IMG/VR virus record: IMGVR_UViG_3300042519_002211
Coordinates: 1 to 24,393 of that record
Strand: one strand, 5' to 3'
DNA from: a virus
Lineage: Duplodnaviria > Caudoviricetes
Length of the DNA: 24,393 nt
Position numbers and translations under genes: made by a program. The notes beneath the pieces are model-generated. The model had not been told where the DNA came from. It saw nothing but the letters and a program-made list of their open reading frames with translations, and made no database searches. Shown piece by piece: positions 1 through 7,060 of the stretch (within the stretch, counting starts at the first letter, position 1; every line of letters starts with the position of its first letter).

Positions 1-26
1 GTATTCTCTCATTGAACTACACAGGC
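1..26 (-). tRNA. tRNA 5' fragment (truncated by window edge, anticodon not visible)
   Basis: Minus strand GCCTGTG-TA-GTTC-AATGAGA-GAAT = acceptor 5' strand plus D arm. Confidence 0.7.
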
Positions 27-35
27 ATATAAAAT

Positions 36-113
36 TGGTGCGCAGTGACGGACTCGAACCGTCATTATTCCACTTTGTAGGAGTGGTACCATTACCAATT
101 AGGAGAACCGCGC
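36..113 (-). tRNA. tRNA-Val(TAC), atypical (C33, irregular D arm)
   Basis: GCGCGGT/ACTGCGC-A-CCA; anticodon arm CCACT-CCTACAA-AGTGG; T loop TTCGAGT. Confidence 0.8.
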
Positions 114-174
114 ATTGTGACCCGACTCATCTCACGGGCCTAGTGTTTCTTTCATGCACACTTAACAAATTGTT

Positions 175-423
175 TTAGTTGTAATACCACAAATCCGTCT
201 TCTTATCAACGGGAAGTATAACTTCTCCGTCTTCATCTGGACGTTGCATCGCATTCTTGATTTTTGGTCTAGTTACTGGTCTAATTTTTTTCAATTGACC
301 GTCTTTATTTTTCTTGGATGGCTTGTACCATTTCTTTTTGTCGGCGGTGGCTTTCCACTCGGCTCCGGACAACGGAGAACCACTCGCTTCAATATAATAA
401 TCTTTCCGTTTTGTATTGCTCAT
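175..423 (-). CDS. small basic hypothetical protein
   Basis: 82-aa Lys-rich ORF filling the gap between tRNAs, same strand as the array. Confidence 0.55.
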   Translation of the reverse strand: MSNTKRKDYYIEASGSPLSGAEWKATADKKKWYKPSKKNKDGQLKKIRPVTRPKIKNAMQRPDEDGEVILPVDKKTDLWYYN

Positions 424-446
424 AAGATTTTAGTTTATGTTTTAGA

Positions 447-522
447 TGGTCAGCGCGGGGGGATTTGAACCCCCGATAAAAGCTCCCGAAGCTATTGTGT
501 TACCAAGCTACACTACGCACTG
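447..522 (-). tRNA. tRNA-Pro(CGG)
   Basis: CAGTGCG/CGCGCTG-A-CCA; loop TTCGGGA; T loop TTCAAAT. Confidence 0.9.
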
Positions 523-526
523 ATAC

Positions 527-641
527 TAGATTCCGTTTTTGACTGCCGTGCTATCGTTACACTATACGCCAATTTAGGTAGGCGCAGCCGGAATTAAACC
601 GACTCGTGCAGTTTGGATTTTTATGCTGCTGTTGGAATCTA
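527..641 (-). ncRNA. ACAGCA closed-stem RNA enclosing a circularly permuted tRNA-like domain (Y RNA/YrlA-like topology)
   Basis: Terminal stem TAGATTCC/GGAATCTA, then ACAGCAG; T arm GTCGG-TTTAATT-CCGGC, closed acceptor TGCGCC..GGCGTA, D arm GTGT-AACGATA-GCAC, anticodon stem ACTGC/GCAGT. Confidence 0.7.
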
Positions 642-644
642 AAA

Positions 645-720
645 TGGCTCCCGCTTAACGCCTCGAACGTTATATCAACTGTTTAACAGACAGTCGGCTC
701 ACCAGTTTGCCTCAACGGGA
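645..720 (-). tRNA. tRNA-Asn(GTT)
   Basis: TCCCGTT/AGCGGGA-G-CCA; ACTGT-CTGTTAA-ACAGT; G at position 8. Confidence 0.88.
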
Positions 721-1018
721 ATAAAATTAATTCGTCGTGGATTTCGTTGTGACAATTGGAGCATACCAATTCACATTTATCTACTTCTTGTATCAGTCGC
801 TCATACGATCTTGAAGTTCCACTAATTTGAAAGTCTTTTTTGCTTGGGTCTCTGTGATGAAATTGTAGCGCACGAGCACATTTGTTATATCCGCAACATA
901 CACACTTCCCGCCTTTATACTCAATCAGTCGTAACTTCGTTCTTACCCTCCAAGCCATTACATTTGCGACGAGTTGTTTTTTTCTTACATTAGATACTTT
1001 TTGTTGATTAACTTTCAT
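683..1018 (-). CDS. HNH endonuclease (Cys-rich, free-standing)
   Basis: CxxCG...LQFHHRDP...CELVCSNCHNEIH pattern; 3' end overlaps tRNA-Asn. Confidence 0.85.
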   Translation of the reverse strand: MKVNQQKVSNVRKKQLVANVMAWRVRTKLRLIEYKGGKCVCCGYNKCARALQFHHRDPSKKDFQISGTSRSYERLIQEVDKCELVCSNCHNEIHDELILFPLRQTGEPTVC

Positions 1019-1070
1019 AGTTAATAACTATAAGTCACTCCAACAAAACGTGCTATATATTTCATTAAAT

Positions 1071-1146
1071 TGGAGGGAAGGGTGGGATTCGAACCCACGC
1101 GCTTTCGGTTAACAACCGATTGCTCTGTCCACTGAGCTACCGACCC
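1071..1146 (-). tRNA. tRNA-Asn(GTT) with Lys-like acceptor, two mismatches and U73
   Basis: GGGTCGG/CCTTCCC-T-CCA; loop TTGTTAA; canonical D and T arms. Confidence 0.82.
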
Positions 1147-1227
1147 AAATTGCTTCGCCCGCTCCAAGGCCCAGACATTCTTGGAATTAAACAGCTTTCA
1201 TGGTTTGATTACCGTGAAACAGGGTCA

Positions 1228-1313
1228 TGGTGCTCTCGATAGGACTCGAACCTACATGTGCGTTTAAGCGATGGTTTAGGAAACCACTGACCGTCCAATT
1301 GGACCACGAGAGC
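1228..1313 (-). tRNA. tRNA-Arg(CCT) with long variable region
   Basis: GCTCTCG/CGAGAGC-A-CCA; GTGGT-TTCCTAA-ACCAT; variable region CGCTTAAACGCACAT. Confidence 0.85.
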
Positions 1314-1318
1314 GTAAA

Positions 1319-1390
1319 TGGCAGAGCCGGAAGGTAACGCTCCCTCGTCCAGAGTTTTGGAGACTCTGTTGATGACTTCATCACGGCTCT
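1319..1390 (-). tRNA. tRNA-Trp(CCA), atypical (minimal D loop, T loop AGCGTTA)
   Basis: AGAGCCG/CGGCTCT-G-CCA; AGAGT-CTCCAAA-ACTCT. Confidence 0.82.
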
Positions 1391-1400
1391 ATAAATTAAT

Positions 1401-1533
1401 CCATTGACTTCCGACTCGAACGGACTCGTCGGCTTTTGGACCGGCTCGGTACGAGTATCTTTCCGTGGCCTTTGGAAGCTTAACTCGTGTTAGTCTTGTT
1501 ACAGACAACATCATCCAAGATGCTTAATCAATG
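1401..1533 (-). ncRNA. enlarged tRNA-like RNA (8-bp acceptor, 4-bp T stem, multi-helix insert, no CCA)
   Basis: CATTGATT/AGTCAATG; D-like stem AGCATC/GATGTT; T arm TCCG-TTCGAGT-CGGA; internal ACGAGT/ACTCGT helix. Confidence 0.6.
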
Positions 1534-1536
1534 AAA

Positions 1537-1613
1537 TGGGGCGCTAGACGGGAATCGAACCCGCTCACCAAGTTCCACAAACTTGTGTGCTAGACCGTTA
1601 CACCACAAGCGCC
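1537..1613 (-). tRNA. tRNA-His(GTG) with encoded G-1
   Basis: G-GCGCTTG/CTAGCGC-C-CCA; CAAGT-TTGTGGA-ACTTG. Confidence 0.92.
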
Positions 1614-1618
1614 ATAAA

Positions 1619-2410
1619 TTATTTTTGTTTGAAGTATAGAAACGACCGCTTCAACGCAACAACAAACTCTTTGTATCCATCAACCATTTTTTTATACTGT
1701 TCGTCTGTTAATGAGTAACTTTTCCTGAGTCGCTCCGAGTTTTCTCCAAAGTTTACATAGTTGGTAATTTTAGCATTACCCTTGTTGTAAAACTCGGCTT
1801 TAAATTTATCAAAGTCCAGTTGATTATCATTCGGAAACTTTTTTAAGTATTGATACGCATGTTGCTTCGCGTGCGCTTTTAATTCGCCGGGATGTAGCTG
1901 GTAGTCCATCCACTTCACTAAAATGTTTTGCTCATTTTCGTCTTCGCCGGTACCGCTATCAACTGCGTGTTGAACCTCATGTTGTAAAGATATTTTATAT
2001 GTGTCAAAATCCGTCAACATTTTTTCTACGTTGATGACCAATTCAACTTTTATACCTTGGTAAGAATTAAATTCGGCATTAGAGTTTCCAAAGACTGAGA
2101 ACACAATTTCTATTTTCTTTCTTATTTTTGGCAATACCTTTATTAACTCGTCCGGTAATTCTACTTCAAGAGACTTCAACCCCTTCTTAATTTTTACACG
2201 TCTGTCCGCTGGAAAGTTGCTGGGCGGGTTATACTGTTCCCGAAACCATTGCATGAAATTTTGTTTAGTTATTTTAGAATGAAGCGCCTCGCCCGTAACA
2301 TCCTTCAACACGTCTCTAAACACAACGTATAAATATTTTAAACCTTTGTTCTGCTCTGGCGTTAAGTCCTGCTCGTTCATTATCTGTTCCACGATAGTCT
2401 TTAATTTCAT
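1619..2410 (-). CDS. putative zincin-like metallopeptidase (HExxH), probable virion protein
   Basis: HEVQH motif plus downstream E (GELKAH); N-terminus MKLKTIVE; TATTTATT just upstream. Confidence 0.65.
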   Translation of the reverse strand: MKLKTIVEQIMNEQDLTPEQNKGLKYLYVVFRDVLKDVTGEALHSKITKQNFMQWFREQYNPPSNFPADRRVKIKKGLKSLEVELPDELIKVLPKIRKKIEIVFSVFGNSNAEFNSYQGIKVELVINVEKMLTDFDTYKISLQHEVQHAVDSGTGEDENEQNILVKWMDYQLHPGELKAHAKQHAYQYLKKFPNDNQLDFDKFKAEFYNKGNAKITNYVNFGENSERLRKSYSLTDEQYKKMVDGYKEFVVALKRSFLYFKQK

Positions 2411-2447
2411 ATGTATAATAAATATATATCGATACTTATATTAACAC

Positions 2448-2777
2448 ATGCAATTCACAACAAATAGAATCTATCCCATCGCCGCATCTTTCAGAAAAGC
2501 CGATGGGTTTACATCCGGCTCATTAAGCTTTAGTTTTATAACCGGCGACGTTGTTAATTTCAATTGTTTTATGGGCGACGTGGTGTATGTTGATAAACCG
2601 GGAGTGTTAACTGCGACTAGCCCAGTATACGACATGGGACCATTTTATTATACAATAATCGGGCAGAACGAAGCAACCAATACTAATATCGCTATAACTT
2701 TAAATTTTGACCGAGACATTTGCGCATCTTACGTCGGAACTTTAGGTGAAAAGGTGTGGTTCCGCGCTAAACCATAA
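2448..2777 (+). CDS. hypothetical protein (beta-rich)
   Basis: 109-aa ORF divergent from 1619-2410, TACTTATA motif at 2433-2440. Confidence 0.65.
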   Translation: MQFTTNRIYPIAASFRKADGFTSGSLSFSFITGDVVNFNCFMGDVVYVDKPGVLTATSPVYDMGPFYYTIIGQNEATNTNIAITLNFDRDICASYVGTLGEKVWFRAKP

Positions 2778-2780
2778 AAT

Positions 2781-2858
2781 TGGTACAGGTGGTGAGATTT
2801 GAACTCACAGTCTTCTGGTCCCAAACCAGACGCGATGACCAAGTTACGCTACACCTGT
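2781..2858 (-). tRNA. tRNA-Pro(TGG)
   Basis: ACAGGTG/CACCTGT-A-CCA; TCTGG-TTTGGGA-CCAGA. Confidence 0.92.
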
Positions 2859-2884
2859 ATATGCTAGTAATAAATATAACACTG

Positions 2885-3000
2885 GCTAAATTTTCGACGT
2901 GATTGGTATGCGTCGGACCACCAAGGGGCTACCCTCATTTGAGCAGGAACACTCACCCAGAGTTGCGCATTATTAAGAGGCGCTGAGTGACAATTATCAA
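2885..3000 (-). ncRNA. candidate structured RNA
   Basis: Helices CACTCA/TGAGTG, GCGC/GCGC, CGACG/CGTCG; TATTTATA motif immediately upstream (3004-3011). Confidence 0.4.
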
Positions 3001-3063
3001 TTTTATAAATAAACCTTTCCGTTATCTGTTTACCGGGCTTTTTTACTTATAAAACTAAATTAA

Positions 3064-3144
3064 TTCAATGCACCCAAGCAGACGAACGATGCACCGTTAC
3101 AGAACGCTGAATTATCTTTGGGCTATACTGTTTTTTGCATTGAA
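3064..3144 (-). ncRNA. closed-stem RNA (ACAGTA variant of the ACAGCA family)
   Basis: Terminal stem TTCAATGCA/TGCATTGAA, ACAGTA after the 5' strand, inner CCCAA/TTGGG. Confidence 0.45.
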
Positions 3145-3145
3145 A

Positions 3146-3221
3146 TGGTGGGAAACCTCGGATTCGAACCGAGAACCTTCGCTGTGTAAGAGCGTTGCGC
3201 TAACCGTTGCGCCAGTCTCCC
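3146..3221 (-). tRNA. tRNA-Val(TAC)
   Basis: Canonical cloverleaf, loop CTTACAC, CCA encoded. Confidence 0.93.
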
Positions 3222-3230
3222 GTAAAAATA

Positions 3231-3308
3231 TCGAAGAAGGGTGGATTTGAGCCGCCGACCTCACGGACGTTGAAACACCGGCGCTCTTTCTCTGAACTAC
3301 TTCTTCGA
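3231..3308 (-). pseudogene. tRNA-like element with distorted anticodon arm, no CCA
   Basis: TCGAAGAAG/CTTCTTCGA acceptor, D arm GTTC/GAGC, T loop CTCAAAT; anticodon region TGTTTCAACG has no clean 7-nt loop. Confidence 0.6.
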
Positions 3309-3311
3309 AAA

Positions 3312-3387
3312 TGGTGGACCATGCCGGGATTGAACCGGCCACCTCATGCTTGCAAAGCACGCGCTCTACCAAATGAGCTAATGGCCC
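3312..3387 (-). tRNA. tRNA-Ala(TGC)
   Basis: Canonical, G3:U70, loop TTTGCAA. Confidence 0.95.
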
Positions 3388-3390
3388 ATA

Positions 3391-3576
3391 CTAGATGCTT
3401 TTTTACTTTGCGGCTGTGATAACGGACATATTGAGTGTTTTCCGCATGGCACCGTAAGCTTGATCCATTGCTGGATTTCTACCTACGACATATTATTCAT
3501 ATGTTCGCTCCTATCGATTACTCGACGGTTGCTACCTTAGAACCGTTATTTAGTATAACTTTGCTGTTAGCATCTA
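3391..3576 (-). ncRNA. ACAGCA closed-stem RNA (long member)
   Basis: TAGATGCT-A-ACAGCAA ... AAAAAAGCATCTAG; internal hairpin AACGG..CCGT and TGCGG/CCGCA helix. Confidence 0.6.
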
Positions 3577-3675
3577 AACCGATAGTTTTGCGTGTTACAT
3601 CGTCTCAACACGGATAACCCGCACCACTATCAAAATTGTTCAACATATTATAACATTCTTCCTATATTTATAATC

Positions 3676-4218
3676 ATGCTATTACTGGAAATTGTACGAC
3701 AACTGTTGGTGGAAAGAATGTCATTTACTGATTTATTCAAGTCTTCTACTCCCGCAAGAAAAGACCGAGCTAAGGGAATGAAAAGTCAGTCGCTGCCAGT
3801 TATGGCAAGTCGCGGCCCGAAGCATTGGAATTTTAGATTTACGAGTGCACCCAACAATAACACCACAGGTAAAAGTTGGAAAGGTAGAATCGGATTTCCC
3901 AAGTCTACCGGTGTCGCCCGACCAGATAGACTTATGTGCGAAGTTGACTGTGAATGCCCGGATTATAAATACCGTTGGGCTTGGGCCAACAATCGTAAAG
4001 ATGCTGGTCCGATTGGGTTTGGTAGTTTTAACAAATGTATTGATCAAGCGCCAAGAGAAACTAACCCGACGAATCGCCCCGGTTTATGCAAACACTTGCT
4101 TGCTCTGAAAGACGGGCTACGCCAGAAATTAAAAGAAAGTCAGCAACCAACACTCGAAGCCAAGCTAGCTGAGATTGTGGATAAAAATCCTCAGTTCACG
4201 GTAACGTACGAGGAATGA
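3676..4218 (+). CDS. SWIM-type zinc-finger phage protein
   Basis: CECPDY...CKHL motif; start reassigned to ATG 3676, just after TATTTATA (3665-3672). Confidence 0.75.
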   Translation: MLLLEIVRQLLVERMSFTDLFKSSTPARKDRAKGMKSQSLPVMASRGPKHWNFRFTSAPNNNTTGKSWKGRIGFPKSTGVARPDRLMCEVDCECPDYKYRWAWANNRKDAGPIGFGSFNKCIDQAPRETNPTNRPGLCKHLLALKDGLRQKLKESQQPTLEAKLAEIVDKNPQFTVTYEE

Positions 4219-4221
4219 GAT

Positions 4222-5184
4222 ATGATTAAATTAAAAGATTTACTTAACGAGATTCAGTCGAAACCATTGACTGTGTATCATGGAACAGGTTCGAAATTTA
4301 AAAAGTTTGACTTGAAAAAAACTACTCAAGGTATTATATGGTTTACGTCTGATAAAAACAAAATATTGTCAAACGACGCGGGTGCACAAGGTAAAGGTTA
4401 CTTAATTACTGCCGAAGTCGCCATCAATAATCCTGCTGGGTGGGATGAATACGACAAGCTTGGACTTGGTCAGATTAAAGGTAATGGATTTGATGGAGTA
4501 ATCCTAAAAGACGCTGATGGCCAATTTGACTGTTTTGTATTTTCTCCACGGCAAATAAAAATAATAAAATCGGAAAAAATACCAGATCATCAATTGAGCG
4601 AAGAAGATTATAAAGGTCAACATCTTGCGCCGGATAAAGATGGCGGAGCGCCATTGTACGATTTAACAAAGATTTATCCAGACGATGTTTATTCATCGAA
4701 GGCCGAACAATATTATGGGGATCGATCAACTGAATACAGTGATGCTGAGACCGTATCTATAATACAAAACGCAAGAGGACCCCTAAACAAAAACAAGCAA
4801 ATCAAAATATATAGGGCAGTGCCAAACATCAATAAAGAGACGGAGAATAAAATTAAAGATATATCAACCGTTGCTGGTTACATCATGAAATTTGGATTTT
4901 TACCAGTAGGCAGTAAATATTCCGATTTATATCCCGAGTTAAAATATAACAAAGACGCTTTGCTTGAAAAATTGTTTGCCGAGATGGACATGCTCAGATC
5001 GAAGAAATTGGAAGGTTTAAAAATCAATCCCGGTGATTGGGTGACAATAAATAAAAGATACGCTATTAGTCACGGCAGAAATACTCTTATGGGAGATTAT
5101 AAAATCTTAACAAAGACTGTTCCGGCCAAACATCTGTTTACTACCGGGGACAGTTTGCACGAATTTGGATATGATCCAAGTTAA
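4222..5184 (+). CDS. putative ADP-ribosyltransferase-fold protein (two ART-like domains), probable virion/injected protein
   Basis: VYHGT..FD..IWFT..GFDGVI (domain 1); IYRAV..NPGDWVT..YA..HG (domain 2); N-terminus MIKLKDLLNE. Confidence 0.6.
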   Translation: MIKLKDLLNEIQSKPLTVYHGTGSKFKKFDLKKTTQGIIWFTSDKNKILSNDAGAQGKGYLITAEVAINNPAGWDEYDKLGLGQIKGNGFDGVILKDADGQFDCFVFSPRQIKIIKSEKIPDHQLSEEDYKGQHLAPDKDGGAPLYDLTKIYPDDVYSSKAEQYYGDRSTEYSDAETVSIIQNARGPLNKNKQIKIYRAVPNINKETENKIKDISTVAGYIMKFGFLPVGSKYSDLYPELKYNKDALLEKLFAEMDMLRSKKLEGLKINPGDWVTINKRYAISHGRNTLMGDYKILTKTVPAKHLFTTGDSLHEFGYDPS

Positions 5185-5186
5185 AT

Positions 5187-5263
5187 TGGTGGAAAGGATG
5201 GGAATCGAACCCACAACACGGACATTGCAAATGTCTGTCGCTATCCTTAGTACATGCCTCCCC
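5187..5263 (-). tRNA. tRNA-Ala(TGC), atypical D arm
   Basis: GGGGAGG/CCTTTCC-A-CCA with G3:U70; GACA-TTTGCAA-TGTC; C8. Confidence 0.82.
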
Positions 5264-5269
5264 AAAATT

Positions 5270-5396
5270 TTTGTCTGAAAAAACGCTGCTGTGTAGCTAT
5301 ACTGAGATTAGTTGTCCACGTCCCAATGTGCATAGTCAAATCTACCAGCATACCCTAGCACCGGACAATTAGAGGTGCATGTTCATAACAGACAAA
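5270..5396 (-). ncRNA. candidate pseudoknotted RNA
   Basis: Terminal TTTGTCTG/CAGACAAA; hairpin GCACC/GGTGC whose loop TTGTCC complements GGACAA inside the TATGCTG/CAGTATA arm; ACAGCAG near the 3' end. Confidence 0.55.
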
Positions 5397-5400
5397 TTGA

Positions 5401-5481
5401 ATACGGTGTTCTACCATGTTGAACTACCCCAAAATACTCGAACGCGCTCTGGGGAGAGACCTCGAACCTCCATTTCCGTAT
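5401..5481 (-). ncRNA. circularly permuted tRNA-like RNA
   Basis: ATACGG, T arm GGAGG-TTCGAGG-TCTCT, closed acceptor CCCCAGAG..TTTTGGGG, D arm GTTC-AACATGGTA-GAAC, CCGTAT. Confidence 0.75.
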
Positions 5482-5488
5482 CTTAAAG

Positions 5489-5565
5489 TGGTGGGCAAAG
5501 TGGGATTCGAACCCACGACCTGCGCGTTATCAACACGCTGCTCTAACCAATTGAGCTACATGCCC
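5489..5565 (-). tRNA. tRNA-Ile(GAT)
   Basis: Canonical, loop TTGATAA. Confidence 0.95.
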
Positions 5566-5572
5566 GGAAATA

Positions 5573-5671
5573 CAAGACGGAGAGATAAGGGATTTAGGCT
5601 CCCTTTTTAAGTAGCCTGCCTTTCGGCGTTACTTCAATGTAGTTATATTTTTTGTTTGCTGTGTCCGTCTT
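5573..5671 (-). ncRNA. ACAGCA closed-stem RNA
   Basis: AAGACGGA-C-ACAGCAAAC ... TCCGTCTTG; internal GCC-GAAA-GGC and AGGGA/TCCCT hairpins. Confidence 0.62.
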
Positions 5672-5674
5672 AAA

Positions 5675-5749
5675 TGGTAGTCGTAGAAGGATTTGCACCT
5701 CCACCGCACGGTAATCAGCCATGCGTGCTATCTGTTACACTATACGACC
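5675..5749 (-). tRNA. tRNA-Ile(GAT), atypical (T37, T loop TGCAAAT, no D-loop GG)
   Basis: GGTCGTA/TACGACT-A-CCA; CATGG-CTGATTA-CCGTG. Confidence 0.82.
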
Positions 5750-5756
5750 ATAAAAT

Positions 5757-5894
5757 TTTTGTACAAACCGGTGTTTTCTTCCTTACTTCGTGTCCACGGT
5801 ACGTTTTCGTGTTATGCTGCCCAAATATCGTCTGAGTGCATTATACCCTTTTCAGTTTACAACAGTAGACGTACTCTACTTGATTTGTACAAAA
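5757..5894 (-). ncRNA. candidate structured RNA
   Basis: Terminal TTTTGTACAAA/TTTGTACAAAA; hairpin AGTAGA-GTACG-TCTACT with loop complementary to downstream CGTAC. Confidence 0.45.
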
Positions 5895-5971
5895 TGGTGG
5901 TCACCGTGGGACTCGAACCCACCTGATCTGCAATGTCGATGCAGTGCCTTAACCCCGAAGACTAGACGACC
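5895..5971 (-). tRNA. tRNA-Val(GAC), C33
   Basis: CTGCA-TCGACAT-TGCAG; CCA encoded. Confidence 0.85.
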
Positions 5972-5977
5972 ATGAAA

Positions 5978-6295
5978 TTATTTGCCTCTTGGAGCAGCAT
6001 CGCCGGAATGAAGGCTTTTACCTTTACCATCCCCAAATATTTGCTCATACGCCTCAACCCTAGTTAAAAATTTGCTGGTTTTCGTATCAAAGAACCCATC
6101 TTCTATTTCATTTCCTCCATCATACGAATCCAAATCATCAACTGTAAAATTATAGTTTGGGTATTTGTCATTCAATTTTTCGACCGCGTGAAAATGTGTT
6201 TTTCCCGTAAATATTTCTCCGTCTGGCATTGCGATTGCAGCCAACAGTCCGTACTTAGATGCTGCACCTTCCAATATCAGACTCTTTAGTTTCAT
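5978..6295 (-). CDS. hypothetical protein, probable virion protein
   Basis: 105 aa, N-terminus MKLKSLILE, TATTTATA at 6300-6307. Confidence 0.75.
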   Translation of the reverse strand: MKLKSLILEGAASKYGLLAAIAMPDGEIFTGKTHFHAVEKLNDKYPNYNFTVDDLDSYDGGNEIEDGFFDTKTSKFLTRVEAYEQIFGDGKGKSLHSGDAAPRGK

Positions 6296-6394
6296 GTATT
6301 ATAAATATAATTGAACTGTTATAATAAAAGGAGAGTATAGGAGATTTATCAGCTTAACTAGTATATTTTTGCTTTAGTCCCGTCAACTCTATAG

Positions 6395-6468
6395 TGGCTG
6401 GGATACATGGATTTGAACCATGAATAGACGAGTCAAAGTCGTCTGTGTTACCATTACACCATATCCCA
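6395..6468 (-). tRNA. tRNA-Gln(TTG)
   Basis: TGGGATA/TATCCCA-G-CCA; GACGA-CTTTGAC-TCGTC. Confidence 0.95.
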
Positions 6469-6482
6469 ATATCTATACTAAA

Positions 6483-6611
6483 TGGTGGACCGTGGTGGAA
6501 TCGAACCATAGACTTATTCTCGGTAATTATTCTGAATAACTTGTCTATTTTTACCGTCTGCGATGACTACAACCGGTTTCGTCATCGACGCATTACTTAT
6601 GCTAATGGCCC
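6483..6611 (-). ncRNA. Ala-acceptor tRNA-like RNA without a standard anticodon arm
   Basis: GGGCC/GGTCC-A-CCA with G3:U70, T loop TTCGATT; centre is CGATGAC/GTCATCG and CGGTAA/TTACCG helices. Confidence 0.65.
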
Positions 6612-6615
6612 ATAA

Positions 6616-6690
6616 TGGTGGATCGTCCCGGTACTGCCCCGAGTTCTCAAGGTTAAGAGCCTAGAGCATCACTTTATATGCTTACAATCC
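6616..6690 (-). tRNA. tRNA-Lys(CTT), atypical (A8, T loop GGCAGTA)
   Basis: GGATTGT/ACGATCC-A-CCA; loop CTCTTAA. Confidence 0.8.
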
Positions 6691-6696
6691 ATAAAT

Positions 6697-6783
6697 TGGT
6701 GGTGTGGAAGGGACTCGAACCCCCGGTGGTTTTTACACGACAGCTTAAAAGGCTGCACTATTCGCCGCTATAGGAACCACACC
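6697..6783 (-). tRNA. tRNA-Lys(TTT) with long variable arm
   Basis: GGTGTGG/CCACACC-A-CCA; GCAGC-CTTTTAA-GCTGT; GTG-TAAAAAC-CAC arm. Confidence 0.85.
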
Positions 6784-6791
6784 ATAAAATA

Positions 6792-6915
6792 TTTGATAGA
6801 CCAAGAAGAATCGAACTTCTGCCTCATATAACCCATCTCCGGAATTACGCCTGAGTCGAACAGGTCTGGATTCGGCGTTGCCGTGCGTGCTACCACTACA
6901 CTATAGTATACCAAA
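6792..6915 (-). ncRNA. tRNA-like RNA whose anticodon loop is replaced by an insert with a second T-loop hairpin
   Basis: D arm GTGT-AGTGGTA-GCAC, T arm AGAAG-TTCGATT-CTTCT, internal CCTG-TTCGACT-CAGG; no CCA. Confidence 0.65.
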
Positions 6916-6921
6916 ATTGAA

Positions 6922-7020
6922 TTTGACGAATAAGCCTCTATTCGTGACTTATCTCCGGGTCATACGGACTTTTACCGTCTCCACATAGGAGCACTCATGC
7001 TGCGGATTTTTATCGTCAAA
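6922..7020 (-). ncRNA. multi-hairpin closed-stem RNA
   Basis: TTTGACGA/TCGTCAAA ends; GCAGCA; hairpins CTCC/GGAG, ACGG/CCGT, TGAC/GTCA, GAATA/TATTC. Confidence 0.5.
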
Positions 7021-7060
7021 AATGTTATTATAATCACTGCATTATATTTATAATTACTAT

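Noticed and set aside
36-113. Amber suppressor (CTA) reading of loop CCTACAA
   Set aside because: With the 5-bp stem, positions 34-36 are TAC; CTA is out of register. Genes translate intact in the standard code, so there is no sign of recoding.
3231-3308. Opal/Sec (TCA) tRNA
   Set aside because: No 7-nt loop centres TCA, there is no long variable arm and no CCA.
6358-6386. Internal sigma70 promoter (TTGACG...TATACT)
   Set aside because: The spacer is only 15 nt to the best -10 box; too weak to call.
6483-6611. Canonical tmRNA
   Set aside because: Only 129 nt, with no tag reading frame or pseudoknot series visible.
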